The notes below the pieces were generated by a model. The model saw nothing but the letters and a program-made list of their open reading frames with translations. It was not told the DNA's origin and ran no database searches. A stretch of 64,000 nt of DNA from Tubiluchus corallicola (Eukaryota > Animalia > Priapulida): contig JAQGDQ010000049.1 in NCBI GenBank assembly GCA_030141605.1, positions 434,001-498,000 on the forward strand, given 5' to 3'. A program made the position numbers and the translations under genes. Of this stretch, positions 40,507-51,800 are shown piece after piece; the stretch's first letter is position 1; each line of letters starts with the position of its first letter.

Positions 40507-42123
40507 GTTTGTTGATTACAAAAACATATTCAGTATGCAGTATTTAAGTACTGACGCTTAAACACGTATTATTGGTTATGTGCAGCTGACGATCATTTTT
40601 TTTTAATGTAGGAGCTTAACAGTGTGGCCTTCATTTTTCATTTGGCTTTGTAAAAAACTAATTGACGTTTTGACAGGATTAACTTCAGAAATTAGGAATT
40701 TCCGTAATACAATAATTCAGTGATACAGTATTGCAACTTTTCATTTATTTTCAGTTTTGCTGCTTGTTCCAGTAATAACAGAAAAGCTGTAGTTTTTATC
40801 TTTGACCACTGACAGACCACCTGTTTTTGTCATTCAACATGAATTTAATTGAGGCAAATTGAAAATGCGTTAGCTACATTTAGTCAGCCGACTTTCAAGA
40901 TTTTTGCAAAATTGTGGATGTTGAATTTATGCAGTAATACAAATGAGTAGTAAAATTAAAAAGTCGTTAGAAATTTTGTCAACAGTTTCGTTTGGCAGGC
41001 TACAAAATGCTGAGTGTGTGAGTGTCCTTTCAAAATGCTAAAAGCATCAATGTCCTTCAAAGTCACTTTGCTTTAGTGACTTAATGAACAACTACAATTT
41101 CTAGAAAATGACGGAGGTATAGATTAACTGGCAGTTATCAATTCTTTCCTGATTTGGGCTGCTCCTCTATCTAGCTGGCTTCATTCTAGTGAGGTCCCCT
41201 TCCTGTAGCTGGAGCCACTAGGATGTTCCCTGTGTATGTATAGGAATTTGCAAGAGTTAATGGTTAATCAATACATGTCTGAGCATTAGTCTTGGGAGGT
41301 GATTTGTTCTTGTGTCTTCATAGCATTGCTGAACGTCAGGATACGAGGTTTACAGTGAGACTGCAACTATTCATTATGCCTGGTATTCTTAAGGTTAGTG
41401 ATAATAGGTGCACTTTTAAGGCTAGACTAGCTAACAACAGATAATTCAGTTATTGCTTAAGGTTGGTTTTGATGTGAAATGATTCGATAAAGTATGAAAA
41501 AAAAAAGATATCATATTTCATTGCCTTTAAAATCTGTGATAATTAATAAATTGTGTTACATTCTTTTTTAAACCTGGTATAAGTAATTAAATTAAATTAA
41601 AAATGTGTGACATCGAATTTTATTTTATTCCTCAAAGTTAATGATAAGTACTAAACCTCTTAAATAGTTAATAAGATAGAGCTTTTAGTTAATAAATATT
41701 TTTAGGAATGTGTAGTGTATTGTAAAGCCAGTATTTTAGGTACTGATGTATTGAAAATTCATTTGGTTGCTTCTATAATTTATAAAAACAATTTGCAATG
41801 TTGTGTTATGTGCAAGGTAGAGTATAATTGTTTATATCTTTGGTCTGCTAATGTTGTGCTGTCTTTGACTACCTTTAAAGCTTTGAAGGCTATGAATTTT
41901 TGAGACAGTTAAATTTTGTTTACTCAGCCTGTGACTGGTGAGATCGGAGTATTTTTTTAGATTCGTTCATATTTCTTTCTTTTATGTGCATGGTCTTTAG
42001 GTCTATAAATAGATTTTTGGAAGTAATTTGCATGTTAAAGGATATTTAAAACAAGAAAAGCAAACAAAAACAATTTAGATTTTTGATCAAAAATCTCATT
42101 GTCTTTCATTTATTTATTTATTT

Positions 42124-42281
42124 GGCTAAAGTGCACAATTCCCCACAAGAAATTAGTTTATGAAGTGAATTAGGGTTAGAGTTAGGGTTAGTGTTAGGAT
42201 AGGATTAGAGTTTGGGTTTTGGTTAGGGCTGGGGCTAGGGTTAGGGTATTTAAATTGTGCGGGAAATTGTTAACTCCTTCC
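42124..42281. mobile_element. TTAGGG-containing MITE, copy 2 (8-bp TSD atttattt)
   Basis: GG...CC termini, same family as 36781 and 47415; atttattt on both sides (low complexity). Confidence 0.8.
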
Positions 42282-44399
42282 ATTTATTTATTTGGTGATT
42301 TGGTCTTGCACATTTACGGTCTTCGATTTGTCGATTTGCAGTCTTCATATGCCTCTCCTGCCTTCTTAAATTTTATTCGTGTACCTTTTCATCCCGTCAC
42401 TGAGTACTAAAAGGTTTTCTCTCCCAGGTAAATATTTATTACATCGCTGCCTTAACACTTTTCAAGGAGCCAGGAAGTAATAAAAACACACAGATGCATT
42501 AAAATATCAAATGTCATTCATATACCCTAGAGCTAAAAGCATTGTACGTGGACGGCATGCAAATATTACAATTGTGTGACAGTCTGTCATTTTTGTTTTC
42601 TTTTTCTGTCGCCTCAGCCGCCTGTTTGTATGTATATTGCATAGCTTGAAATGTCCATTTGTCTAATACAGGACAGCTCTTTTCCCAAGGGGTATACCCG
42701 TGAATTACCTTAAATGCATAATTTATTGGTAGTAATGTAGTTAAGTTAGAGCTGTATGTTTTGGACTCTTTATACGTTCATACATTCTCCCACGTGTTCT
42801 GTGAAAGAAGCTGTAAATGTTTAATTTCTAATCACTTTGCGATAAGCTGTTTTGCTGAAGTATTGCATAGAAATTGGCATGTTATAGCTTTTGTCATTGA
42901 ACTCTGTTATAGGTCGCTGTTTTGTAAAATGTAGTGGCAAAATGTGTGGATAGATATATTTAGCATATCAGATTAGCTCCGTTATTTCGACAGCTAGGTC
43001 ATAAATTACATAAAATACATGCACAATTACGAGTATATTACAATGATAATTGATGTCTAATATAATGTCAATCATTTTCGTTGACTGCCCAATCAACGTG
43101 CAAGTTATTTCACACACCCCTGCAGCAGGTACGTTCGGGACATTTAGCTACAGCTCCGTCTATTACTGTTATGAAAAATGCTCAACTTTTCATTAGTTAG
43201 CGGGAGAAATATTGGCTTGGTTCTAGATCTTATTATTGTCAATGGAACTTGCAAGCGAATTAGTGGAAATATATAGTCTAGTTTCGTTTATAGGAAGAAA
43301 TGCACAACACTTACGTCTATGAGTTGCTGATCAAACCATTTTGCAATCAAGAAAATACGCAGTTTAATTTAGTTTATGGCTTTGCAAGTTAGATAAAAAC
43401 AACTATTTGATTAACTTTAAATAAGGACAAAACAAAATGTTTTCTTTTCTGGCCAGTTTTTACAAACCTCAATGAGATCTTCACTGTCAAAATTAATTCG
43501 AATGCGATCAAATCTTATATTATACATCAATGTAATATTGGCTAATTTTACGCTATTTTTATGGTTATAATCAACGTTAAAAGAAGCTATTTGGACTTGT
43601 GTAACTCGGGCATTCAATATAAGGTTCGTCTATGGAATAGAACAGTCAAATTTATTCCATTTCTGTAGCCTAACAAACAGAAAAATACAAAAACTGAATA
43701 AATCCTGCAGACGAGCATATGATCAATTAATATAGAAAAAAATACATTGCAGGCATGATGTTCGTATGTTTAAAGGCAAGAGAGGCTTGATATTTCTGTT
43801 GCTCATTTATTGTAGAGCAAGACTAACTAGCTTAATTTCTTTATTATACTTGTGTCTCTATATTTTGTAGTGCTTTAAAACTTCGTCTCTACTTTCTGTT
43901 TAAATTGAAAAGTCATTTTTTGGCTACTTGAAGTGATAGTTTCATGTAAAAATAACCGCTGCTCTGGAAATTTGTTTATGAAAAAGTGCAATCAGTTTAT
44001 CTGCTGATTAGACATTAGTTGTGACTGTCATGTTGTTTAGTTTAGTTTAGCTTAGCTTAGACAGTTGTTGTCCAGCGCGAGCTGTTGTCACGAAAGCTGC
44101 TGAGTGTGCATACATTGCAGTGGGGGCGGAGCGATAGACCAATATGTTTGACATCATTTACATTAATTAACTATGCAGTTACATCGTTAAAACACTAATA
44201 GACAATATGTACATGGTGGTTCATAACCTTTTGTTAGTGTGGTACAAAGACAACAAGTACTAGTACAAAACAGTTTATTACATTAAAGTATTACTGAAAC
44301 AATTGTGAATTTATCATGCATGTCAGAATTTAGTACGAAAGTCTCAGGTGTCTTGCATAACCTGGTATCTTGAAGGTACATTTGGAGGTGCGACTTGCA

Positions 44400-44570
44400 A
44401 ATTCTCTGATATTTGACTCGATTGAACTGAATGGCATAAAAATTCACCAGACCTCAACCCACCAAGCACACTGGAACTACCCCTAGGACAAAATGCTTGC
44501 TTAGATGATTCAAGAAAATACCTTGGATCAGTATTAAAAGAAACAAGTTCCCGAGACATCTGCAGTATAG
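44400..44570 (+). mobile_element. Tc1/mariner transposase relic
   Basis: Translates EWHKNSPDLNP, matching the W.x.SPDLNP motif of Tc1/mariner transposases; surrounded by stops. Confidence 0.5.
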
Positions 44571-46213
44571 TTGGATGATGAATCCTGCGAGTCACTGCTG
44601 TGATCATACCCCTCAAGATTACAGGCCACGTGAGACACCCAAGCCTTCCACACTAAATTTTGATGATACGATAGGTTCACAATTGTTTCATAAATATTTT
44701 GAGGTAATAAATTATTCTGTACTGTACTCATTACTTCTGTACCTGCCTAGCAAAAGGTTATATGTACCACTTTGTATAAACGATGTCAAAATTTCTGGAT
44801 GATCAAGCAATTTATTGTGAATGACAAACGCATGATATGAACACTCAGATGAGTTTTACAATCAAATATTACATAACCGAAATCAAACAACCAACATGAT
44901 AATTTTGCCTCACTACTTTTCTAGAAGTTCTGCCTATGTTGACGAATCTCAGTGAAAAATGCCTTTTTGAGAGGTACTCGTTGCAGCAATGATTACAAAG
45001 GTTTTCAGGTCAGGTCGTATTGACTGCACACTTTACTGAATCTGCTGACACTAATTAATGACCGGCCAATGCGTTGCAAGGATTAGTCACTCCATTACTT
45101 TCATTGATGAGAAATCGATGTTCTAATTGGCTTCACACCAGATAGTTTGAAGCCACCTGTTTAATCCCTGATTAACGAGCTTTGCAAATTGTGTATCATC
45201 ATCATCATCATGATCACAGTGTTACTTGCTAGATGGACTGTTGCCCTGTTTATGAACTGCTGCATATTCAGGTCAATCAAGTCTCTTCCCTTTAAGGGAT
45301 GAATTGTTTGATAGATGGAATCCACGCTGGAGATTTGTCAGACTATCGTTCTACCCTTTTCCGGCATTGTAACTTTCACATTATTATCACTTTGTGTTTG
45401 GATTGCCTAATTCTTCTTTTATGAAAACGTGATAATTTTTCCACAAACTCCATGGTTTCTTCTGAGCACTTGCAATAACTGCCTTTATAACTTATAAATG
45501 CTTCTATAATTTTGCAATTTTTAGTCAATAAATTAAGGCACATGTTTATATTTCTTAAGAATGTTTATTGCACTAATGTTACCATCTACAAAATATGCTT
45601 ATAGCAGGGCTGCCCTTAACCCAACTGGACCAATTTCTCCCAATCAGGCCCTGCGCTTCGGAGAGTAGAGTGTCAGTTTTTTTGCGCGCACAACACAATA
45701 CGTTGCAAAGATCGATCGCTGCTAGTTTTTTGCTATCAGTTATTTCAGTTATTATTCTCATGAGTTTTAAAATCTTCTGCAGGTATTATGTAAGCAATCT
45801 AAAAGATAATTTCTAAATTTACCTAGCGGAGGCAGTTCAACTATACATATCACTATTGTTACTGTTTTGCTTAATCCGAGGTATGTAGTTCTATTTCGCC
45901 TGTATTTACAAAGTGTCTGGATAGTTATTTTAATTAAGAGTACATATAATAGAGCACTTGATCTTTACATTAATTGCGCTTATTTGCGAATTTTTAACTG
46001 TATAGTATCTACAAGTCTAATATAGTTCAAAAGACAAAAGCAAAAATAAATGTCTGAAAGCTCTTAAATATCTATAAGTCTGTGAAATCTATAGAATGTT
46101 TAATAGTATAACGTAGTAACATTACTATACTGTATCGTAGTGCACATTCATGTCTTAATTGCAAACTGTGACATAGGCTATATTCAGACAGAATCAAACT
46201 CAAGTCTGAAGTC

Positions 46214-46668
46214 CAGGGTGTCTGCAAAGTCTTTACTATTTCAAAAATTCACTAAACATGTCGTAACGTAGATAAATCAATTAATCAACTACCTATTAAA
46301 GCTTCACTGCTTTGTTAAGATTACCTTGGCCGATTCGGTTGATTCAGAAAATTTCAGTAAATATGATTTAGACAATTTTTAGAAAACCGTTCACTTGTAT
46401 TTGCATTTTTAGAATAAAAAATGACATTTTTTAGCAAATTATTTCGCTGTCATTAATACAGATAATGTTGTAAAAAGTGCAATACCGTCTCAGTGATTAC
46501 CCCACAGGTTTTATTTGCTACTTATCGACGTACGTACATCACGTGCGGTTTTTGTAGCTGGTCCATCATCTACACTGCACTTTTTGCTCACACATTTTAA
46601 CTGCTTTCCATTTTGTCATAGAAATATAAAATCCAGAATAGTATATTTTTACGATTCTGCAGACACTA
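46214..46668. mobile_element. Possible Tc1/mariner-derived MITE relic
   Basis: cagggtgtctgcaaagtc left end; partial inverted tgcagacac at right end. Confidence 0.35.
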
Positions 46669-47080
46669 GCTGAGAACCTTGGGCGAATCAAAATTGTTTC
46701 CAGTCGAATCTGTAGAGTACCACACCTCCTAAGGCTAGCTGTGGCTCATAGACCTGCTAACAACAGAAATAGTAAACAGAAAAAAGAGTATTTTGTCTTA
46801 CTTTTCCTGTTCAGTTAACGACTTCTGTCACAAATGTCACTTGCAATAAAGTCATTTCTCTGCATTCTGTTTTTAATCCCACGCCACTGGGCATCGTGGG
46901 TAATATCAGCAACGAAAACGTCTATTATACTCTATCTTCCTCCTGCTGGGGATATTAACGAGTTCTGGCATGACATTTGCTAGCTGGATGAGTTTTTTAC
47001 TGCCACGCACGCACTTGATGCTGTTTTATTATTCGTTGCTTTTTCTTTTAATGTCTTTCAACTCTCCTCTGCACATTCAG

Positions 47081-47092
47081 GGTGATATTAAG
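47081..47092 (+). CDS. Candidate 12-nt microexon GDIK
   Basis: About 85-nt AG-free zone, long pyrimidine tract, TGC at about -11, cag acceptor, AAG|gtttag donor, phase 0 to 0. Confidence 0.45.
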
Positions 47093-47414
47093 GTTTAGAG
47101 TTCTGCAGAATAAGCTCCAAAAACTTGCTAACTTATTGATAAAAAACTTTCTCAATTTTGGTCTGGATATGCTGAGGTCCCAGTGACGTGATGTGTCAGC
47201 AATCTACACTCTTATGGGGAGCACAGAACAAGTAACTAGGAGCTTTTGATTCTTAGCGAACAAGAATTTTTCCCCGGCTGCAGTATTGTAATAGTTCTTC
47301 ATTGACAGAATTATTAATTTACTTAATGGTGTTTGTCATGCAACAATTGGTGCAATGTATTTTAAAAATGGCTAAACTAAGCCTGAGTTTAACTATTACA
47401 ACTAGATGTTATTT

Positions 47415-47545
47415 GGCTAAAGTTTACAATTCCCACACACAAGAAATTAGTTCGTGAAGCGGGTTAGGGTTGGGGCTAGGTTTAGGGTTAAGGCTGGGTT
47501 AGGCTTAGGGTATTTAAGTCGTGTGGGAAATTGTAAACTCCTTCC
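47415..47545. mobile_element. TTAGGG-containing MITE, copy 3 (8-bp TSD tgttattt/cattattt)
   Basis: ggctaaagtttacaattcccacac ... gtgtgggaaattgtaaactccttcc. Confidence 0.82.
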
Positions 47546-49157
47546 CATTATTTTTGAACAGTCATTTATGGGCTGCAGCTTTTAATATATATGAGCTTAG
47601 TCTTCAAATTTGAGGTGAATATTTAAATTTAACTGAAAGTGAAAATCTGATGGATTTCTAAGAAGAAAACAACTTTTACTAAAACTTTAATTTACAAAAT
47701 GTTAAAAAACATGTCTCCAAACGTTTCGACTGCAGCCTGCGTACAGAATGCTGTGAGTGCCCGTACAAATTGACTGATGGATTTACTTAGAATGTAAGTA
47801 TCTTTGGACCCTGTATGGCTGTGTTATTTCACTGTGATACTGTTTCGGTCACCCTTCCAAAAACAGCTGCAGGAAACATTGCTTAACTATTAATATGAGT
47901 TTAGTTTTGCTTTTCTGTTTACTGAGTTCACTGTGGTGAATCTTAACAGAGATTAATTGTGCACGTTGTTAAATCTGCCAAATCGACCGCTTAATGCGAC
48001 CGTTTGGGGTTAGAAAACAAATTAATCTTGAAAACTTACCATATAGCCACATTTTATAGGCACTGCTAAATGGATGATCGCAGTAATCTTTCCTCTTTCT
48101 GGCACCATCAATCATTCTTTATAGGGGATTATGAGTTTAGATTTATATGAAGGGAAAACTAGTTATGCAACATACGTGGTAGATAGTATACTTACTTATT
48201 TAAAAACCACGAGTTTCTTTAATAAAATGAACCCATTGTTGACAAATGTTAAATTAATTAGTGTGAAATCTTCTGGTTTCAATCTTGTTAATTAATTTCG
48301 TCTTTTATTGCAGAACTTTATTTTGGCGCATGATTAAAAAAGAGCAGTTAATTTAGCATTGCATCATGATTATTTTCATAATACATAAAATAAACATATA
48401 CAGAGTAAAACTATAAGCAAAATAACACTAGTGGGTGACATTAGCCATTTAAAAGTCAGCTTTCATTTTATTTTTTCCAGAACATCGTGTTACAAATGTT
48501 GGAACATAATAATTACAATAATGGTTCATTTTGTCATACAAATTAAGTGCAAAAAGAATATTTAATCGAAAAAACAAAGACAGTGTGTCATAAATGCCAC
48601 ATTGCATTTGATTTCAGTGTACTTAATAGTATAAGATAGCCTCTAGATGTGGGTTATTTAAGGGCGAGGAATTTTTTTCTGTTACATGAACTTGCTTAAA
48701 ATTATTGAATTAGAAATTTGGCTGTCTAGGTATAACGTATATGTAAAGTAAGATATAGAGAAGGTATTTAAGGTATTTATTTGGGCCAGGAAGAAAGCAA
48801 ACAAGGAGCTTATAGTAAAATTGAATTAAAATAACAGAATTTGTTTTATATTTTATTTTATATGGTCTTAATCTTGTTGCTTAAATTCATAAGAAGAGCA
48901 GAAGTGTAATAATACTGTTAACTGAACAGTATTACTACAGCTAGACTAGATGGCAATTTAGAACCTCTGATTGCTTAAGAATCATTCTGACATGCTTCAC
49001 AGCGCCTAATTAAATAACTTGGCTTCTTTTGCCTACCCTTACATACATGCACAAAAGCTTGAAGCCAGCCCTCAATGGATTCGTTGATCTTTGAGGATGC
49101 ATTGGAATGTAACCGTGTATGTTCGTGCATGTCACTAATTGATTTTCTACATTCCAG

Positions 49158-49193
49158 CGCAACTTGACATTGCCTCCCAGGAAGCTAGTTTAA
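49158..49193 (+). CDS. Candidate alternative last exon RNLTLPPRKLV*
   Basis: tgcatg, cactaat branch point and ttttctacattccag acceptor, phase 0, stop at 49191-49193; ATTAAA at about 49450. Confidence 0.35.
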   Translation, partial: RNLTLPPRKLV

Positions 49194-49851
49194 TCTCATC
49201 ACTCCATTTTTGTCTTCTTTTTTCTCATTTTGCTGGTGGTTTGTTTGGCTTCTTGGTACAGTATAGGCACGTCTGTGTGCCTGTGTGTGTGTGGGTTTGT
49301 AAGCAACCAAGTAATTTCAGTACAAAAATCAATAGGGTTACAAACCTTTTTGTTGTAAGTCTTTCCACGGTTGCGTTGATTACTTGTTTCAGTTGAAAAG
49401 GGCTGAAATCTCGTTCACCTGAGAAGAAATTTTGATTACTGTAAAAGAAATTAAACAAACAAAATTATTGATTTTAATATTTCCTCGGTAAATTTACTTA
49501 ACTGATAATTGTTTATTGAATATTTGACTTGCCAATGAATTTAGAAAAGATTGTAGGTCGTAGGGAAGTTTGTTGGTTTTCATCCATAGTGTAAGGTGCT
49601 ATGCCCACAGAATTGATGGTGATGTTGCAGCAACAAGCAACAACTATTATGGCATTGGAATTTGGAACGTTTTGAATTGTTTGTATTGGTTTGTATGTTT
49701 GTTGAGAGAGAGTCTGAAAAATTGAAAGGAAAACAATCCCCAAATAACTGAATTAAGTTCAATTAGCAGACACCAGGCAAACTTCACTATAAAAGAGAAA
49801 TGCAATTATGTGTGAGAAAACTGTACATATATGACTGCAAAGAATACTTTG

Positions 49852-49893
49852 TCATCATTGTCATCATCATCATCATCATCATCATTATCATCA
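49852..49893. repeat. (CAT)n microsatellite
   Basis: Direct reading. Confidence 0.9.
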
Positions 49894-50629
49894 TGAAAGT
49901 ACAAGCAGTGGACGTGACCGTCACACTTGTGAAGTCGTTTATTTCTTGTCAAGTCAAGTAATAGCAACATAACATCACTGTTCGTTTCTTTATAAGTTGA
50001 TGCTAGCATGTTCACTAGTATATATTTGCATAATTATCACTTTTTCTATGCTTGTATACATTGATAGGACGTATTCAGAAGCACATTTGCCCATAAAGGA
50101 TTGCTGTGTTGCACTTGCTTTTCAGCGAATCATTATTAATTTGTTTGGCGAGAATGTCTGCCTCTCAAACAAGAAACCTTCAGTTCAAATCCTGGCTGAG
50201 GAACAATTTTCTTCCTTTTGCATCAATTGCCAGTTATGCCGCCTTCTCAAAATTCATGTCATTATTAATTACATGTTGAACAAGCCTAGATAACGTCAAA
50301 GTCTTCCAGCATAGAGTATGTATAACCATTGGTTTAATAACATTAGCTGTGTCGCTTATGGTTCATGCATCGAAAAGCAAATACAGCTCCCAGAACGTTG
50401 TAGCAATTTTCATTCTCTTTCAATAGAGCTAAAAAGCAAAACACGTAAAAAGCCCGAAATGTTTTTGTATGAGGTGTTGGAATACATCTCTGCTCAAAAA
50501 ATTCACTATTTTTTATATGTGCACTGCTGTTTTTCTAATATTTCAATCAATTGTGGACAATGTCCAATTTTTGGGGAGATTTGACTAATTTGATAATTAA
50601 TTTAAACAATTTATACATTCTTTTTTCAG

Positions 50630-50876
50630 AATCAGGGCTCTCCAAGATCGACGCCCAACAGCAGTCCAAAGAGTGGGATGAGTGGCAAGTCTCCACCACT
50701 CGGCATCCCACGTTCCACGCCTAGCACGCCCGGAGATCCTTTAGCTGGAGTAGGTGGTGATGTGAAGTTAGCATTTGATCAGTCGTCTCGGGTACGCAAC
50801 TTGCGAAATGACTTGCTAGTCGCTGCAGATTCCGTAACTAATGCCATGACTTCATTAGTGAGAGAATTAAACTCAG
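50630..50876 (+). CDS. Dyb: Dystrobrevin exon: [14 protein letters not shown]...[14 protein letters not shown]...[27 protein letters not shown]
   Basis: ttttttcag acceptor, G|gtaaga donor; conserved C-terminal dystrobrevin motifs; phase 0 to 1. Confidence 0.98.
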
Positions 50877-51059
50877 GTAAGAAATTGCAGTAACAAATGA
50901 ATGAATTACTGAGTGTTACCTCACTGAAGCTACCGGATCAACCTCAGTTGGTTGTTAGCTACCTACTTGTCTATTTGTACATTAAAACTGTTTAAGTACG
51001 TGATTATTATGTTGCCTTAAATATAATTACTACAAGATGAGTAGCTGCCATTCAATATT

Positions 51060-51800
51060 GTCGCCATTTCAAGATGGCCTGAAGCTGGAAGGCTGTTGCT
51101 AGTTTTTTAAAGCCGTATCTTAGCTGCCAGGGCACATAATTGTTTTTAGTGGTAGTTATGAGTTGTTTGACTGCTAAAACCTATATTTAAACACCAAAAA
51201 TATCACCTTATCTGTTCTAGTAGTTAAGATATAAACTTTATATGCTAGCGAGCCATCTCATTGATCATCTTGAAAATGGCACACAGATTTTTTTTATCCA
51301 AAATTAATCACCTTGACAGATTCTAGCATCGTACTAAACTTGATAACTTTTAAACGAAACGAGCAATTTTTCACGATTCTGCTGAACTATACGCCTGGGA
51401 CCTGGCAGCCATCTTCTTTTTTACTCGTTTCTTATTATTAGTTATTAGTCTAGCTGTATTGATCTAACAAAGTCGAATTAATAAAAATGACTTACTTTTT
51501 GTTTTTATAATGAATCTTTAGGTGAAACAAGTAGGAAAATAATATAATTAATCAGCACAATTTTTTGTGTGGCAGCCATCTTGAAAACTGTGACAATTTT
51601 TGTAACAAAAGTAACATTAATGGATTGCAAAGGCCCTGGAATAGATGTCGTCATCGCTTCGTAATGTATTAATTTACTGGGAACATGTTTTGATTTACAT
51701 TCTGTGAGCAAAAACTTTGCGGCCATTTTATTTTTTTTGGCGTTTTTGATCATTTTCCGTTACTTTTGCAAGCCGGCAACAGTTTTTTTCGGATTCAGCA
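51060..51800. repeat. Decayed interspersed repeat rich in ggcagccatcttg / caagatggc motifs
   Basis: Motif recurs at about 51070, 51265, 51405, 51571 and 51720 in both orientations. Confidence 0.5.

Noticed and set aside
42170-42246. True telomere or chromosome-fusion scar
   Set aside because: The TTAGGG units are short, degenerate and enclosed within a repeated MITE
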